A stretch of DNA of 64,000 bases from Spirochaetia bacterium (GCA_963662795.1 OY759746.1:3168001-3232000), one strand, 5' to 3'; positions 36,566-47,238 are shown, counted from the stretch's first letter. The notes: a model not told the origin generated them from the letters alone. Numbers and translations: made by a program.

Positions 36566-37507
36566 TCAGTCAATGTAGATTATTTCCTTTTCCAGTCTGA
36601 AACCGTAGGTTTTAAATACTTTGTCTTCAATCAGCTGAATCAGCTCTTTAATATCCGCCGCAGTAGCATTTCCGTTATTGATAATTATATTGGCATGAAG
36701 CGGTGAAACCTGTGCTCCTCCGATGCTGCAGCCCCGCAATCCCAGGCTGTCAATAATTTTTCCGGACGGGTGGCCGAACTCCCTGTTGTTTTTGAATACA
36801 GATCCTGCGCAAGGATATGAATAGTGCCCTTTTGCTGTTCTGTCTTTTTTAAATTCCGCAGCTTTACTTAAAAGTATTTCTTTTCCCGACTGCTGAAGAA
36901 TGAATTCCGCTGCCAGAATTATGTTTCCGGTATTCTGAAAAGGGGAAATCTTATAGCCGAAATCACTTTGTTTTACTCTGTACTCGCATATTTTACCAAG
37001 GTTGTCCATGTATGAGACTTTATAGAGCAAATCAGAAACAGATTTTTCGTAACATCTTGCGTTCATGTAAACGCTGCCGCCTGTTGAACCAGGCATACCG
37101 TAGAAGTATTCAAGCCCTGAAAGTGATTTTTTGCAGGCTTCTTCCGCAAGTAAGCTGAATTCAACTCCAGCCCCTGATTTTATGATGTTGCCGTTAAACG
37201 AGATTGAGCTGAATCCCTTCATGTCAATAACAGCACCCCTGAATCCGCTGTCGCTGAAGAGGATGTTTGCCCCGCCTCCGAGAATAAACCGGGGAAGATC
37301 ATTTTCCTTTATTACAGAAAGAATTTTTTCAAGAGATGATATATCTTTGGGCGATGCAAAAACATCAGCATTACCTCCGATATTAAAGGTCGAGTGTTTC
37401 GCCAGAGGTTCGTTAAACAACATTACCCCGTTTATATTGATTTTATTGAATATTTTGCTTAAACTTTCCACAGATTTATGATACTTGTAAATAAAACAAG
37501 TTTCCAT
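36566..37507 (-). CDS. murB: UDP-N-acetylenolpyruvoylglucosamine reductase
   Basis: TFNIGG, LGGGANIL, GMPGSTGG...MNA, AGSVFKN, HANIIIN; true start may be slightly downstream. Confidence 0.95.
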   Translation of the reverse strand: METCFIYKYHKSVESLSKIFNKININGVMLFNEPLAKHSTFNIGGNADVFASPKDISSLEKILSVIKENDLPRFILGGGANILFSDSGFRGAVIDMKGFSSISFNGNIIKSGAGVEFSLLAEEACKKSLSGLEYFYGMPGSTGGSVYMNARCYEKSVSDLLYKVSYMDNLGKICEYRVKQSDFGYKISPFQNTGNIILAAEFILQQSGKEILLSKAAEFKKDRTAKGHYSYPCAGSVFKNNREFGHPSGKIIDSLGLRGCSIGGAQVSPLHANIIINNGNATAADIKELIQLIEDKVFKTYGFRLEKEIIYID

Positions 37508-37558
37508 AGTTTATTATTAAAAACAACATTATTGATTCTGCAATAAACGGGGGATTAA

Positions 37559-38974
37559 ATGGGTTTAAGGCTTTTCAATACCATGGGTAGGGGAATGCAG
37601 GAATTTGTACCAATCAACAAGGGAGAGGCCTTTGTCTACGCATGCGGCCCGACTGTTTATAATTATGCCCACATCGGAAATCTGCGCACATATATTTTCG
37701 AAGATATTCTCAGAAGGGTGCTTGAATTCTCAGGCTATAAAATCAAACATGTAATGAATGTTACTGATGTCGGCCATTTAACTGATGACGCGGACAGCGG
37801 TGAAGATAAAATGGAAAAATCGGCCAGGGAAACAGGTCGGACTGTATGGGATATTGCAAAGTTTTATACAGATGCGTTTTTCAGCGATATAGAAAGCCTT
37901 AATATAGAAAAGCCTGAAATTATATGCCGTGCGACAGATCATGTGGGCGATATGATTGATCTGATTAAAAAACTTGAAGATAAGGGTTATACATATGTTT
38001 CCGGCGGAAACGTTTATTTTTCAATAGACAAGTTTGCTGATTATGGAAAGATGGCACTTCTGGACAGGCAGAATCTGCAGGCAGGGTCCAGAATTGAAGT
38101 AGACAGCAACAAAAGAAATCCTCATGATTTTGTCCTCTGGTTTACGAAATCAAAATTTGAAAACCATGCAATGCTCTGGGATTCTCCCTGGGGTAAGGGT
38201 TATCCCGGATGGCATATTGAATGCAGCGCAATGAGCATGAGATATCTTGGTGAAAGCTTTGATATCCACTGCGGCGGAATTGACCACATAAATGTCCACC
38301 ATACAAATGAAATTGCCCAGTCCGAGGCCGCAAGCGGAAAAAAATGGGTTAATTACTGGCTTCACGGTGAATTCCTTGTAATGAATAAATCAAAAATGGC
38401 CAAATCCGCAGGGAATTTTATAACACTTTCAACATTGAAAGAGAAAGGATATGATCCGCTTGATTACAGATACTTCTGCCTTTCCGGTCATTACAGAAGC
38501 CAGCTGCAGTTCAGTTTTGAATCACTCGATGCAGCAAGGACTGCAAGGGTAAATCTGGTGGAAAGGGTTAAAGCGCTTAATGCAGAGGCACTCGGGGCGG
38601 TACCAGATAAACTGTCGGAAAAAGGGACTTTATATCTTGAGGATTTCAAATCAGGAATAGAAGACGATCTAAACTGTCCCAAAGCGCTTGCTGTTTTCTG
38701 GACAATGCTTAAGGACCAGAACCTTGAAGCAGGTGAAAAGCTTAGCCTGGCACTTATGTTTGACAAAGTTACAGGCCTTGAATTATCTGAAAAAAAGGAT
38801 GAAAAGGAAGAAATAGCAGAACTTGATGACAATATCCGCCGGTTGATAGATGAGAGGGAAGAAGCAAGAAAATCAAAGGATTTCGCCCGTTCTGATTCAC
38901 TAAGATCCGAGCTTAAAATGCTCGGTATTGAAATTAAAGATACTCCTGACGGTACAGTCTGGAAAAAATTGTAA
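37559..38974 (+). CDS. cysS: Cysteine--tRNA ligase
   Basis: [28 protein letters not shown]. Confidence 0.97.
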   Translation: MGLRLFNTMGRGMQEFVPINKGEAFVYACGPTVYNYAHIGNLRTYIFEDILRRVLEFSGYKIKHVMNVTDVGHLTDDADSGEDKMEKSARETGRTVWDIAKFYTDAFFSDIESLNIEKPEIICRATDHVGDMIDLIKKLEDKGYTYVSGGNVYFSIDKFADYGKMALLDRQNLQAGSRIEVDSNKRNPHDFVLWFTKSKFENHAMLWDSPWGKGYPGWHIECSAMSMRYLGESFDIHCGGIDHINVHHTNEIAQSEAASGKKWVNYWLHGEFLVMNKSKMAKSAGNFITLSTLKEKGYDPLDYRYFCLSGHYRSQLQFSFESLDAARTARVNLVERVKALNAEALGAVPDKLSEKGTLYLEDFKSGIEDDLNCPKALAVFWTMLKDQNLEAGEKLSLALMFDKVTGLELSEKKDEKEEIAELDDNIRRLIDEREEARKSKDFARSDSLRSELKMLGIEIKDTPDGTVWKKL

Positions 38975-38998
38975 CTAAAAAAGCCCAAAGTTGTTTAA
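38970..38998 (+). promoter_or_regulatory. Candidate ECF-sigma autoregulatory promoter
   Basis: TGTAAC-N16-TGTTTAA ending 3 nt before the sigma ATG; no SD. Confidence 0.4.
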
Positions 38999-39001
38999 AC
39001 T

Positions 39002-39526
39002 ATGAATTTACATACAGATATACCTTCATTTGAAAGACTGTATAAAACAGTTTTCCCAATTGTTTATAAAGTCGCATATAATATAATTGGTGAATCAAAT
39101 GCGGCAGAAGATGTATGCCAGGAGGCTTTTATTAAATATTATAACCTTACATCTCCTCTTCCGACTATGGATGATGCAAAATACTGGATGATAAGGGTAG
39201 TGAAAAATATCTCTTTTAATTACTGTAAAAGGGAATCGCGAAAAAACAAAATATTTGATAAAATAAAAAATGATCCTGTTTATTCCGATAATACAGGTGA
39301 AAAAGAACTCCTGCTCGGAGAGACAAAAGAAACAGTACAAAACATGTTAAGGCAGCTGCCTGAAAAATTAAAGGCGCCTCTTGTTTTACGTGAATTTGCC
39401 GGTCTTAATTACAGGGAAATAGCAAAAGTACTAGGCATATCTGAGAGCAACGTCAAAGTAAGAATATTCAGAGCAAGAGAAACTTTACAGAAACTGATTT
39501 CACCAGGAGATGTATATGTGCCCTGA
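39002..39526 (+). CDS. ECF RNA polymerase sigma factor
   Basis: AEDVCQEAF, W..RV..N region 2; LVLRE...Y.EIA..LGISESNVKVRIFRAR region 4. Confidence 0.93.
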   Translation: MNLHTDIPSFERLYKTVFPIVYKVAYNIIGESNAAEDVCQEAFIKYYNLTSPLPTMDDAKYWMIRVVKNISFNYCKRESRKNKIFDKIKNDPVYSDNTGEKELLLGETKETVQNMLRQLPEKLKAPLVLREFAGLNYREIAKVLGISESNVKVRIFRARETLQKLISPGDVYVP

Positions 39527-40064
39527 CAAGGAAACACTTTCAGCTTTTATTGATAATGAAGTTGAAGGAGTTTTTAAAAAAGATATCGAAAATCATTTGG
39601 CTTCATGCACAAAATGCAGCAAGGAAACAAAAAAGCTGAAATATATTTCAGAGCTTTGCTTAACTGATGATACGGTTAAGGATAAACATATTGAAGAGGC
39701 ACAAAGCCGGGTTTGGGAAAGGATAGACTCCGAAATCCATAATGTAATAAGAAACAGGGAAACATCCAGTATCTGGTCCCGAAAGGTTTCTATACCATTT
39801 CCTGTTATGGCTGCGGCCGCAGCTGTAATACTGTTATTTGCAATTTCGACACTTTACGGCTTCTATTCACTGAATTCAGGCAAATATGATTCCCGATTGA
39901 ATTTTTCTGAAGCTGTTACAATCAGGGAACCTGAGGATTTTAATTTGTTTGAGAAGGAATTGATTCTTAATGTAGATTTAAATCTGCCTGAAAATACTGT
40001 TTTTATGATCAGCGGAACACCTATGCTTATCAGGGAAGTGGATTATCATAATATCAATAAATAA
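39510..40064 (+). CDS. Zinc-finger (ZAS) anti-sigma factor
   Basis: CP...LSAFID.E...HLASCTKC (HxxxCxxC), single TM; start probably ATG at 39516. Confidence 0.85.
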   Translation: MYMCPDKETLSAFIDNEVEGVFKKDIENHLASCTKCSKETKKLKYISELCLTDDTVKDKHIEEAQSRVWERIDSEIHNVIRNRETSSIWSRKVSIPFPVMAAAAAVILLFAISTLYGFYSLNSGKYDSRLNFSEAVTIREPEDFNLFEKELILNVDLNLPENTVFMISGTPMLIREVDYHNINK

Positions 40065-40077
40065 CAGGGAAATTAAT

Positions 40078-40692
40078 ATGTCTGGAAGAATTGTATTACT
40101 GGCTGTTGTATTTGCTGTTGCATCTAATCTTGCCGCTCAGGAGTCTTCTCAGGATAAAAACCCCACGGTGATGCCGGAAACCGGCCCTCTTTCAAAAAGT
40201 ACTTCATTACAGGAAAAAAAGCTTAAGAGCTATACAATAAATCTTGCAATACGGATCTTTGATGATTTAAATACTTTAATAGTAAATTCAAGCTGGTCGA
40301 GGACTACTGTCTCCGGCAAACCCGTAACAATAAACCTTAAAGCCAATAATCTTCAGATTGCCGCTGCTTTCATCCCTTATTATGTAGATGACAGAAATGT
40401 CGTTCTCCTGGCGCAGGGAAAAGTAATGTTAAAGCCTGTTAACCTTGCAGCGGGAAAATATTATTCAACAGTAGATTCACTGCCTCTCAGGATTGGGGAA
40501 AAAGCTTTTTTTCTCCCTTTGGGTCTGATTGATGAAAAAATGGAGAATATTTCTTCGTGTGTACTTGAAATTGAAGTGCAGAATTGTGATAAGATTACTG
40601 AAGAAAGTAAAGAAGACGGGAGTGCTATTCTTGAAACTGAAAATCAGCCAGATCAGGGCAAACAGGCCAAAAACGGAAAAAATACCAATTGA
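40078..40692 (+). CDS. Hypothetical exported protein
   Basis: Signal peptide (…NLAAQ); lies in the ECF operon. Confidence 0.6.
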   Translation: MSGRIVLLAVVFAVASNLAAQESSQDKNPTVMPETGPLSKSTSLQEKKLKSYTINLAIRIFDDLNTLIVNSSWSRTTVSGKPVTINLKANNLQIAAAFIPYYVDDRNVVLLAQGKVMLKPVNLAAGKYYSTVDSLPLRIGEKAFFLPLGLIDEKMENISSCVLEIEVQNCDKITEESKEDGSAILETENQPDQGKQAKNGKNTN

Positions 40693-42385
40693 CAGGGCAT
40701 TTCAAAAAACAATAAAAAGGGCACGCGGTTCATCGTGTTTTATACCGATCCTCATTTTCATATTTTTATCACTTGTATACGGTTTTACTTCATATTTTTC
40801 CAATCCTTCTCCTGTTATTGACTCAATATCTCCGGAAATAGGCTATCCGGGTGAAACTCTTGAATTGACAGGAAAACATTTTGGAGAACCAAGTCCTGAC
40901 AACAAGGAAGGGTTAATAATAAAACCTGTGGATGCCTCTGTTTATATTGGAAGGGAAAGACTTGTTCTCTCTGATTACCTTATCTGGAATGATAAAAAAA
41001 TCAGAATAAGGATTCCCTCTGATATAGCTTCCGGCGGAGTTTTTGTTGAAAGTAAAAGCGGAAAAAGCAATGAGATAACATTTATAAACAGAAAAGAAAT
41101 CCCTGTTATTATATCAGGCCCTGTTGATCCGGGGCAGCCCTATATATCGTCATTCGAACCTACGGTCGGTGCCGTGAGTGACGTTATTACACTTAACGGA
41201 ATGAATTTCGGAATGGAAAAAGAAAAAAGCCAGGTATATTTTTCCCTGGATGCAGCCAATTCCGGCGTAAGAAGCGAAGCGGCTGAAGATCTTTCCATTT
41301 CAGCTTCAGATGCGGACTTTGACTATAGCAGCTGGACTGATAACGAGATAAAAGTGAGGGTTCCTGACGGAGCTTCTTCCGGTAAAATGTGGGTAAAAAC
41401 TGACAGGGGAACAAGCAATTCTGTCTATTTTGAAAAAACAGAAATTTCAGGGACACGGAGCTATGGAGAGAAAAGGGGATATCAGGTCCGGTATGAGATA
41501 AATTTAAATGCCGGAGAAGCAGGCGAGGATAACAATATCTATATCTGGGTACCAAGGCTCTCTGCTTCACCTGAACAGCGGAAAATAGAATATGAACGCA
41601 ATATAGCTCCTGAACTTGATAATTATCACAATCTTATGCTTTACCATTTTGCGAACATGAAAACCAGGGAAACAAAATCCATACTTTTGAATGTATGGTT
41701 TGAAAGATACGAAGTCCTTACACATATCAGCAGGAATAAAACAAGCTGGAATTATGACAAGGACACTCAATTTTACAGGGAATTTACAAGAGATTTATAC
41801 CAGCTTAAGCTTGATGATCCGGGACTTGATCCTGCATTTAAAAAAATAGGCAGACATAAAGAACCCTATTCAGCGGCTGAATCTATATACAGAATAGTCA
41901 GAACAATGAATTACGTTATAAGCCCGTCAGAAAAAGACGTAATTGCAAATTTCCAGAACCTGACAGGCGATTCATATACCTATGCAATGATTTTCACCAT
42001 ACTTGCCCGCAAGGCGGGAATTCCGGCAAGGCCTGTGGCCGGGTTTCTGGTTTTTGATAACAAAAAGACAGTAAAACATTTCTGGGCAGAGTTTTATATT
42101 ACAGGATTCGGCTGGATTCCTGTCGACCCTGCACTCGGGGACGGAGCAGCTTTCGGGAACATCCCGCAGGTTGAAAACCCTTCCGATTACTACTTTGGAA
42201 ATCTTGACAGCAACCATATAACATTTTCACGGGGCATTATTACTGTTCCTGTTATCTCTCCGAACGGAAGAAGTATCTTTAAAAACAAGATGTACTCGCT
42301 CCAGACAGCCTATGAGGAAGTTTCAGGCGATATCAAATCATATACAATAGACTGGAATGACCTGAAAATAATTGAATGGTGGTAA
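40631..42385 (+). CDS. IPT/TIG-repeat, transglutaminase-like domain membrane protein
   Basis: TM, two IPT/TIG-like repeats (P.I.SISP...G..F, WND..I.V.IP), RKAGIPARPVAG, HFWAEFY, GWIPVDP; start uncertain (TTG 40631 with GGGAG SD chosen; ORF opens at 40529). Confidence 0.8.
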   Translation: MKLKISQIRANRPKTEKIPIDRAFQKTIKRARGSSCFIPILIFIFLSLVYGFTSYFSNPSPVIDSISPEIGYPGETLELTGKHFGEPSPDNKEGLIIKPVDASVYIGRERLVLSDYLIWNDKKIRIRIPSDIASGGVFVESKSGKSNEITFINRKEIPVIISGPVDPGQPYISSFEPTVGAVSDVITLNGMNFGMEKEKSQVYFSLDAANSGVRSEAAEDLSISASDADFDYSSWTDNEIKVRVPDGASSGKMWVKTDRGTSNSVYFEKTEISGTRSYGEKRGYQVRYEINLNAGEAGEDNNIYIWVPRLSASPEQRKIEYERNIAPELDNYHNLMLYHFANMKTRETKSILLNVWFERYEVLTHISRNKTSWNYDKDTQFYREFTRDLYQLKLDDPGLDPAFKKIGRHKEPYSAAESIYRIVRTMNYVISPSEKDVIANFQNLTGDSYTYAMIFTILARKAGIPARPVAGFLVFDNKKTVKHFWAEFYITGFGWIPVDPALGDGAAFGNIPQVENPSDYYFGNLDSNHITFSRGIITVPVISPNGRSIFKNKMYSLQTAYEEVSGDIKSYTIDWNDLKIIEWW

Positions 42386-42451
42386 TTATGACTATTGGAT
42401 TAGATTCCAGATACCGAAAAGTTAATAAGCGGATTTAATTTGACTATTGCG

Positions 42452-42481
42452 TTGACAAATCAAGTCGCGGACTAATATAAT
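42452..42481 (+). promoter_or_regulatory. Sigma70-type promoter
   Basis: TTGACA-N18-TATAAT, 30 nt upstream of the ATG at 42512. Confidence 0.65.
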
Positions 42482-42511
42482 TTAATAACGAATATAATTA
42501 CCGGGAGAAGT

Positions 42512-43750
42512 ATGAATAACCCCTTACAGCTGTCATTGGTTAATTTTAAAAAAGGCGCTTATGTTATTGTTGAAGGAAAACAAGTCGCCACTAAATTTTT
42601 CATCATACGAACCGGTAAAGTCCTGATAAGCAGAGAATTTGAAGTAGTTGAGGAACAGGACGGAAATATTCTGGGGCCGGGCGATTTTTTCGGTGTTATT
42701 TCAACAATGTCGGGGCACAGCCATATTGAAAATGCCCAGGCCCTTACAGATGTTTCTCTTATAGCTGTTCAGAAAGACCAGTACGGCCTGCTTATTGAAA
42801 AAAATACCCAGATAGCATTGAAAATTGTCCAGAGTTTTTCAAGAAAAATGAGATATCTGGACGAGGCCTTAACAAGAATCACATTAAAAAGCATTGCTGA
42901 TGAAAGACCGGACCACCTTTTCAAGGTAGCTGAGTATTATGCCAGGCAGAGCATGTATAATCATGCTTTTTTTGCGTATTATCAGTATATAAGGTACTGC
43001 CCGACAGGAGAAAACCTTAATACTGCCAAGGAAAGAATGGCAAAGATCAAACCCTATGCAAATGCTCTGTATCTTGAAGAAAAAGCTGAAGATATTACAA
43101 GAACATATCCTAAAGACACCATGATATTCAGCGAAAGCCAGCCTGGACAGGAGCTTTATATTATTCAGAAAGGCAGCGTAAAGATAACAAAGATTGTAAA
43201 TGATAATGAAATTCTCATTGCAATACTCAAAACCGGAGATATTTTCGGTGAAATGTCGCTTCTGGAAAATAAACCCAGATCAGCTTCTGCAATTGCCTAT
43301 GAGGATTCAGTTCTGATGGCAGTAAACAAGGTAAACTTTCAGAGAATGGTTGGTCAGCAGCCGCAGATGATCACACGGCTTACACAGCTGCTTGCAGAAC
43401 GTATCTGGCTTATGTACAGGCAGCTTGAGAATACCCAGATGTCGAATCCCATCGGCCGTCTGTATGATGCGCTTTACATACAGCTTGAAAAGGCAAGGGT
43501 TTCAATTTCTCCCAAGACACCATATACATTCAACATCGGCCCGAAAGAGCTTCTTGAGATGGTAGGTCTCACTAAATCGGACAGCAACGCCCTGATAACT
43601 GAACTTTTTTCAAATAAAAAAATGAAACTGATTGAAAATAAAATATTTACCGCTGATACGGAAGAAATTACAAAGCAGGCAAATTATTTCCGTAAAATGG
43701 AAAAAATTGAGCAGTCAAGAAGAAAGAGCTCCATGCTCTCTGTTTATTAA
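42512..43750 (+). CDS. Tandem cyclic-nucleotide-binding domain protein (Crp/Fnr-like, central TPR-like repeat)
   Basis: Two cNMP domains (LGPGDFFG; GDIFGEMSLLENKPRSASA) separated by A..Y..Y..YCP.G TPR-like segment. Confidence 0.85.
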   Translation: MNNPLQLSLVNFKKGAYVIVEGKQVATKFFIIRTGKVLISREFEVVEEQDGNILGPGDFFGVISTMSGHSHIENAQALTDVSLIAVQKDQYGLLIEKNTQIALKIVQSFSRKMRYLDEALTRITLKSIADERPDHLFKVAEYYARQSMYNHAFFAYYQYIRYCPTGENLNTAKERMAKIKPYANALYLEEKAEDITRTYPKDTMIFSESQPGQELYIIQKGSVKITKIVNDNEILIAILKTGDIFGEMSLLENKPRSASAIAYEDSVLMAVNKVNFQRMVGQQPQMITRLTQLLAERIWLMYRQLENTQMSNPIGRLYDALYIQLEKARVSISPKTPYTFNIGPKELLEMVGLTKSDSNALITELFSNKKMKLIENKIFTADTEEITKQANYFRKMEKIEQSRRKSSMLSVY

Positions 43751-43777
43751 AAATCTCAGACAGTACTATAGGTTCCC

Positions 43778-44491
43778 CTAATTAAGCCGGGGAAACGCAA
43801 CTTCATCAATTACTTTTATGGCGTATGATTCCCCTTTTTTCTCTGCCCTGTATAACAGCTGAAATCCGTCGTTATCGCTTATTGGGAAAAACATTTCGCC
43901 CTTTTCACTTAAGTCTTCAGTAAACTCTCCGGCAAAGCTGTCAATTGAACCGTTTAAAACAATCAAATCAAACGGTCGGCTGGTTTTGAAAAAATTTAAC
44001 TCTTTGGTAAACTGGTTAATTATATTAGGGTACTTTTCAGGCATGAAAAGGGCATATTTATCATTTTCTCCCTTGTCTGTTTCAATCAGAAAAACAGTAC
44101 TGTAAAGAGAAGATAAAACCGCTGCAGTAAAACCTGCCCCTCTGCCCATAACAAGCGCCCTGTTTCTGTCTGTATTCTGCAGATTGAGAAGAATTTTAAG
44201 AATATCGGAATGGGAGACGATTGTTCCGGATGCTGTACCGGTATTATCAAGCGGAAGAGAGATATCAATATAGGCATATTTTTTAATTTTTTCCGGGAGA
44301 AAATCTTCCCTTTTGACCGCAGATAAGGCCTGAAATATTTTTTTATCTTTTTTCGGGTATTTTTTTTCAAATGAAGATACAAGAGCAGATCTTTGCTGTG
44401 CAAATGAGTCATACAACTCCTGCGGTGTAACAAAAGAGGGTACAAAAACTAAAAACAGAAGTATATAAACAAAGTACGGTTTTTTTTGCAT
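43778..44491 (-). CDS. Protein-L-isoaspartate O-methyltransferase-like protein, divergent
   Basis: AL..V.RE.FLP....YAY.D..LP, G.GAGF.AAVLS, PFDLIV; N-terminal signal-like peptide. Confidence 0.65.
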   Translation of the reverse strand: MQKKPYFVYILLFLVFVPSFVTPQELYDSFAQQRSALVSSFEKKYPKKDKKIFQALSAVKREDFLPEKIKKYAYIDISLPLDNTGTASGTIVSHSDILKILLNLQNTDRNRALVMGRGAGFTAAVLSSLYSTVFLIETDKGENDKYALFMPEKYPNIINQFTKELNFFKTSRPFDLIVLNGSIDSFAGEFTEDLSEKGEMFFPISDNDGFQLLYRAEKKGESYAIKVIDEVAFPRLN

Positions 44492-44592
44492 GAATTAAAT
44501 ATAGCACAATTGGTTTTTTTCTTGAAGCACTGTTGTTTATTTGTTAATATTACGCCTGTTAAGGGGTTTCCTCAGGAGGGGTGGGCATCAAT

Positions 44593-47238
44593 ATGAAAGC
44601 AGTCGAACTTGAAAAAACGTACAATCCTAAAGATTTTGAAGACAGGATTTATGATGAGTGGATAAAAAACAATGAATTTCTTCCCAGAATCAGGGAAGGG
44701 GTAAAACCATTTGTTATTGTAATTCCACCGCCTAATGTTACCGGTGTACTCCACATGGGACACGGGCTGAATAATTCCCTGCAGGATATTTTAATCAGGT
44801 ATTACCGTATGAATGGGGTACCGACTCTATGGCTTCCCGGAACAGACCATGCAGGTATTGCTACCCAGAATGTTGTAGAAAAAAGACTTCTTGCCGGCGG
44901 GATAAAAAGGGTTGATCTCGGCAGGGAGAAATTCATTGAAAAAACATGGGAAGTAAAGAAAGAGCACCATGCAATTATAATTGATCAGCTTAAAAAAATA
45001 GGTTCATCCTGTGACTGGACAAGAGAGCGGTTTACTCTTGATGAAGGGCTCTCAGCCGCGGTAAGAGAAGTCTTTGTAACCCTTTATGAACGGGATCTTA
45101 TATACAAGGGGAAATACCTCGTAAACTGGTGCGCATCCTGCGGTACTGCGCTTGCAGATGACGAGGTTGAGCATCAGGAGCTTGACGGGAGAATGTATCA
45201 TTACTACTATCCGCTTGAAGACGGTTCAGGACAGCTTGAAATTGCGACAACAAGACCTGAAACAATGCTTGGCGATACCGCACTTGCCGTAAACCCTGAT
45301 GATGAGCGCTATACAAAATATGTCGGGATGAAGGCGCGCCTTCCCCTTACCGACAGGATAATCCCGATAATCGCAGACTCTTATGTCTCAAAGGATTTCG
45401 GAACCGGTGTTGTTAAAATAACTCCTGCCCACGATCCCAACGACTGGGAAATAAGCGAGCGGCATAACCTTGAAAAAATTAATATCCTGAATGAAGACAG
45501 AACACTCAACAACAACGTACCTGAAAAATACAGGGGTATGGGCGTAATGGATGCGAGAAAAGCCGTTATCGGGGATATCAAAAAACTGGGTCTTTATATC
45601 AGGGATGTAGACCATAAGCATCAGGTCGGACACTGTTACAGGTGTCACAATGTTGTAGAACCTTACATGTCAGAGCAATGGTTTGTAAAAATGAAGCCTC
45701 TTGCAGAGAAAGCCCTTGATGCATGGAAAAAAGATGAAATCATTTTTTACCCGAAAAAATGGGAGAATACATATAGGCACTGGCTTGAAAACATAAGAGA
45801 CTGGTGTATATCAAGACAGCTGTGGTGGGGGCACCGCATCCCTGTCTGGTACTGCGATGACTGCGGGGAGATGACTGTTTCAAGAACAGACATTGAAAAA
45901 TGCCCCAAATGCGCAAGTTCAAATCTCAGACAGGACAATGATGTGCTTGACACCTGGTTTTCCTCCTGGCTCTGGCCGTTTTCAACCCTTGGCTGGCCCG
46001 AGAAAACTGATGACATTAAATACTTTTTTCCTACAACAGCACTTGTAACAGCTTATGATATTATTTTCTTCTGGGTTGCCAGAATGATAATGGTAAGCCT
46101 TGAGTTTATGGGAGAAGTTCCGTTCCGCGATATCTACATCCACGGCCTTATTAGGGACAAAAACGGAAGAAAGATGTCAAAATCCCTTGGCAACGGAATA
46201 AATCCCCTTGATATAGTAAATGAATACGGAGCTGATGCTTTCAAGTTTACTCTGGCTTTCCTCGCTGCCCAGGGGCAGGATATTCTGATCGACAGTGAAT
46301 CGTTTAAATTCGGTTCCAAGTTCGCCAACAAACTCTGGAACGCTTCACGATACATACTGATGAATCTTGAGGACAGAAACATACTTGATTATGAGAGCGT
46401 TAAAAAGAATGATATAGACAGGTGGATTATACACAGGTTAAATGAGACAACTTCCGTAATTGAAAAAGCGCTTAAATCATACCGTTTTAATGATGCGGCA
46501 AAGGCTGCCTATGAATATTTCTGGGAAGATTTCTGCGACTGGTATATCGAAGCTTCCAAATTATCACTTTATTCAGAAGAACCGGCAGAAAAGGACAGGG
46601 CAATAACCATTCTGCTTCATCTTCTTTCTGAAACACTCAAACTTCTCCATCCTTTCCTTTCTTACATTACAGAAGAGATATACCTTAAGATTCCCGGCAG
46701 CGATTCAAGTATTGTCAATTCACAGTATCCTGTTTTTGATGCTGCCAAAACGGATGAGGGACTTGCGGAAAACATGAAGCAGCTTCAGGATTTTATCAGA
46801 CAGGTAAGAACACTGAGGAGCGAGTTTACAATTCCCCCTTCAAAAAAAATAAAGCTCAAATTACGCTTTGACAAAGGCTTTTCTCCCTCTGATTTTTTCA
46901 AAAATAACAGAGCTCTTGTTGCCATGCTTGTAACTGCTAAGGAAGTTGATTTTGTTGATTCAAACCCTTCAGAGGGGGGCAATATTTCCATAGCAGGTTC
47001 CGGATATGAAGCATATATCGCGGTGCGTGACGTTATTGATGTTCCGATGGAAATTGTAAAGCTGAAAAAAGAGATAGAAAAGTCAGAGTCTCTCTACCAA
47101 AGGGCCTCGGGAAAACTTTCAAATCCCCAATTCATGGATAAGGCGCCGGAAGATATCATTGAAAAAGAAAGAAATACAAAAGAAGAACTCGGTATAAAAA
47201 TAGCAAAAATGAAAAGTTATATAGCTGAATTACAGTAG
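44593..47238 (+). CDS. valS: Valine--tRNA ligase
   Basis: PPPNVTGVLHMGH, DWCISRQLWWGH, DTWFSS, KMSKS; start ATG 44593 or GTG 44581. Confidence 0.98.
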   Translation: MKAVELEKTYNPKDFEDRIYDEWIKNNEFLPRIREGVKPFVIVIPPPNVTGVLHMGHGLNNSLQDILIRYYRMNGVPTLWLPGTDHAGIATQNVVEKRLLAGGIKRVDLGREKFIEKTWEVKKEHHAIIIDQLKKIGSSCDWTRERFTLDEGLSAAVREVFVTLYERDLIYKGKYLVNWCASCGTALADDEVEHQELDGRMYHYYYPLEDGSGQLEIATTRPETMLGDTALAVNPDDERYTKYVGMKARLPLTDRIIPIIADSYVSKDFGTGVVKITPAHDPNDWEISERHNLEKINILNEDRTLNNNVPEKYRGMGVMDARKAVIGDIKKLGLYIRDVDHKHQVGHCYRCHNVVEPYMSEQWFVKMKPLAEKALDAWKKDEIIFYPKKWENTYRHWLENIRDWCISRQLWWGHRIPVWYCDDCGEMTVSRTDIEKCPKCASSNLRQDNDVLDTWFSSWLWPFSTLGWPEKTDDIKYFFPTTALVTAYDIIFFWVARMIMVSLEFMGEVPFRDIYIHGLIRDKNGRKMSKSLGNGINPLDIVNEYGADAFKFTLAFLAAQGQDILIDSESFKFGSKFANKLWNASRYILMNLEDRNILDYESVKKNDIDRWIIHRLNETTSVIEKALKSYRFNDAAKAAYEYFWEDFCDWYIEASKLSLYSEEPAEKDRAITILLHLLSETLKLLHPFLSYITEEIYLKIPGSDSSIVNSQYPVFDAAKTDEGLAENMKQLQDFIRQVRTLRSEFTIPPSKKIKLKLRFDKGFSPSDFFKNNRALVAMLVTAKEVDFVDSNPSEGGNISIAGSGYEAYIAVRDVIDVPMEIVKLKKEIEKSESLYQRASGKLSNPQFMDKAPEDIIEKERNTKEELGIKIAKMKSYIAELQ

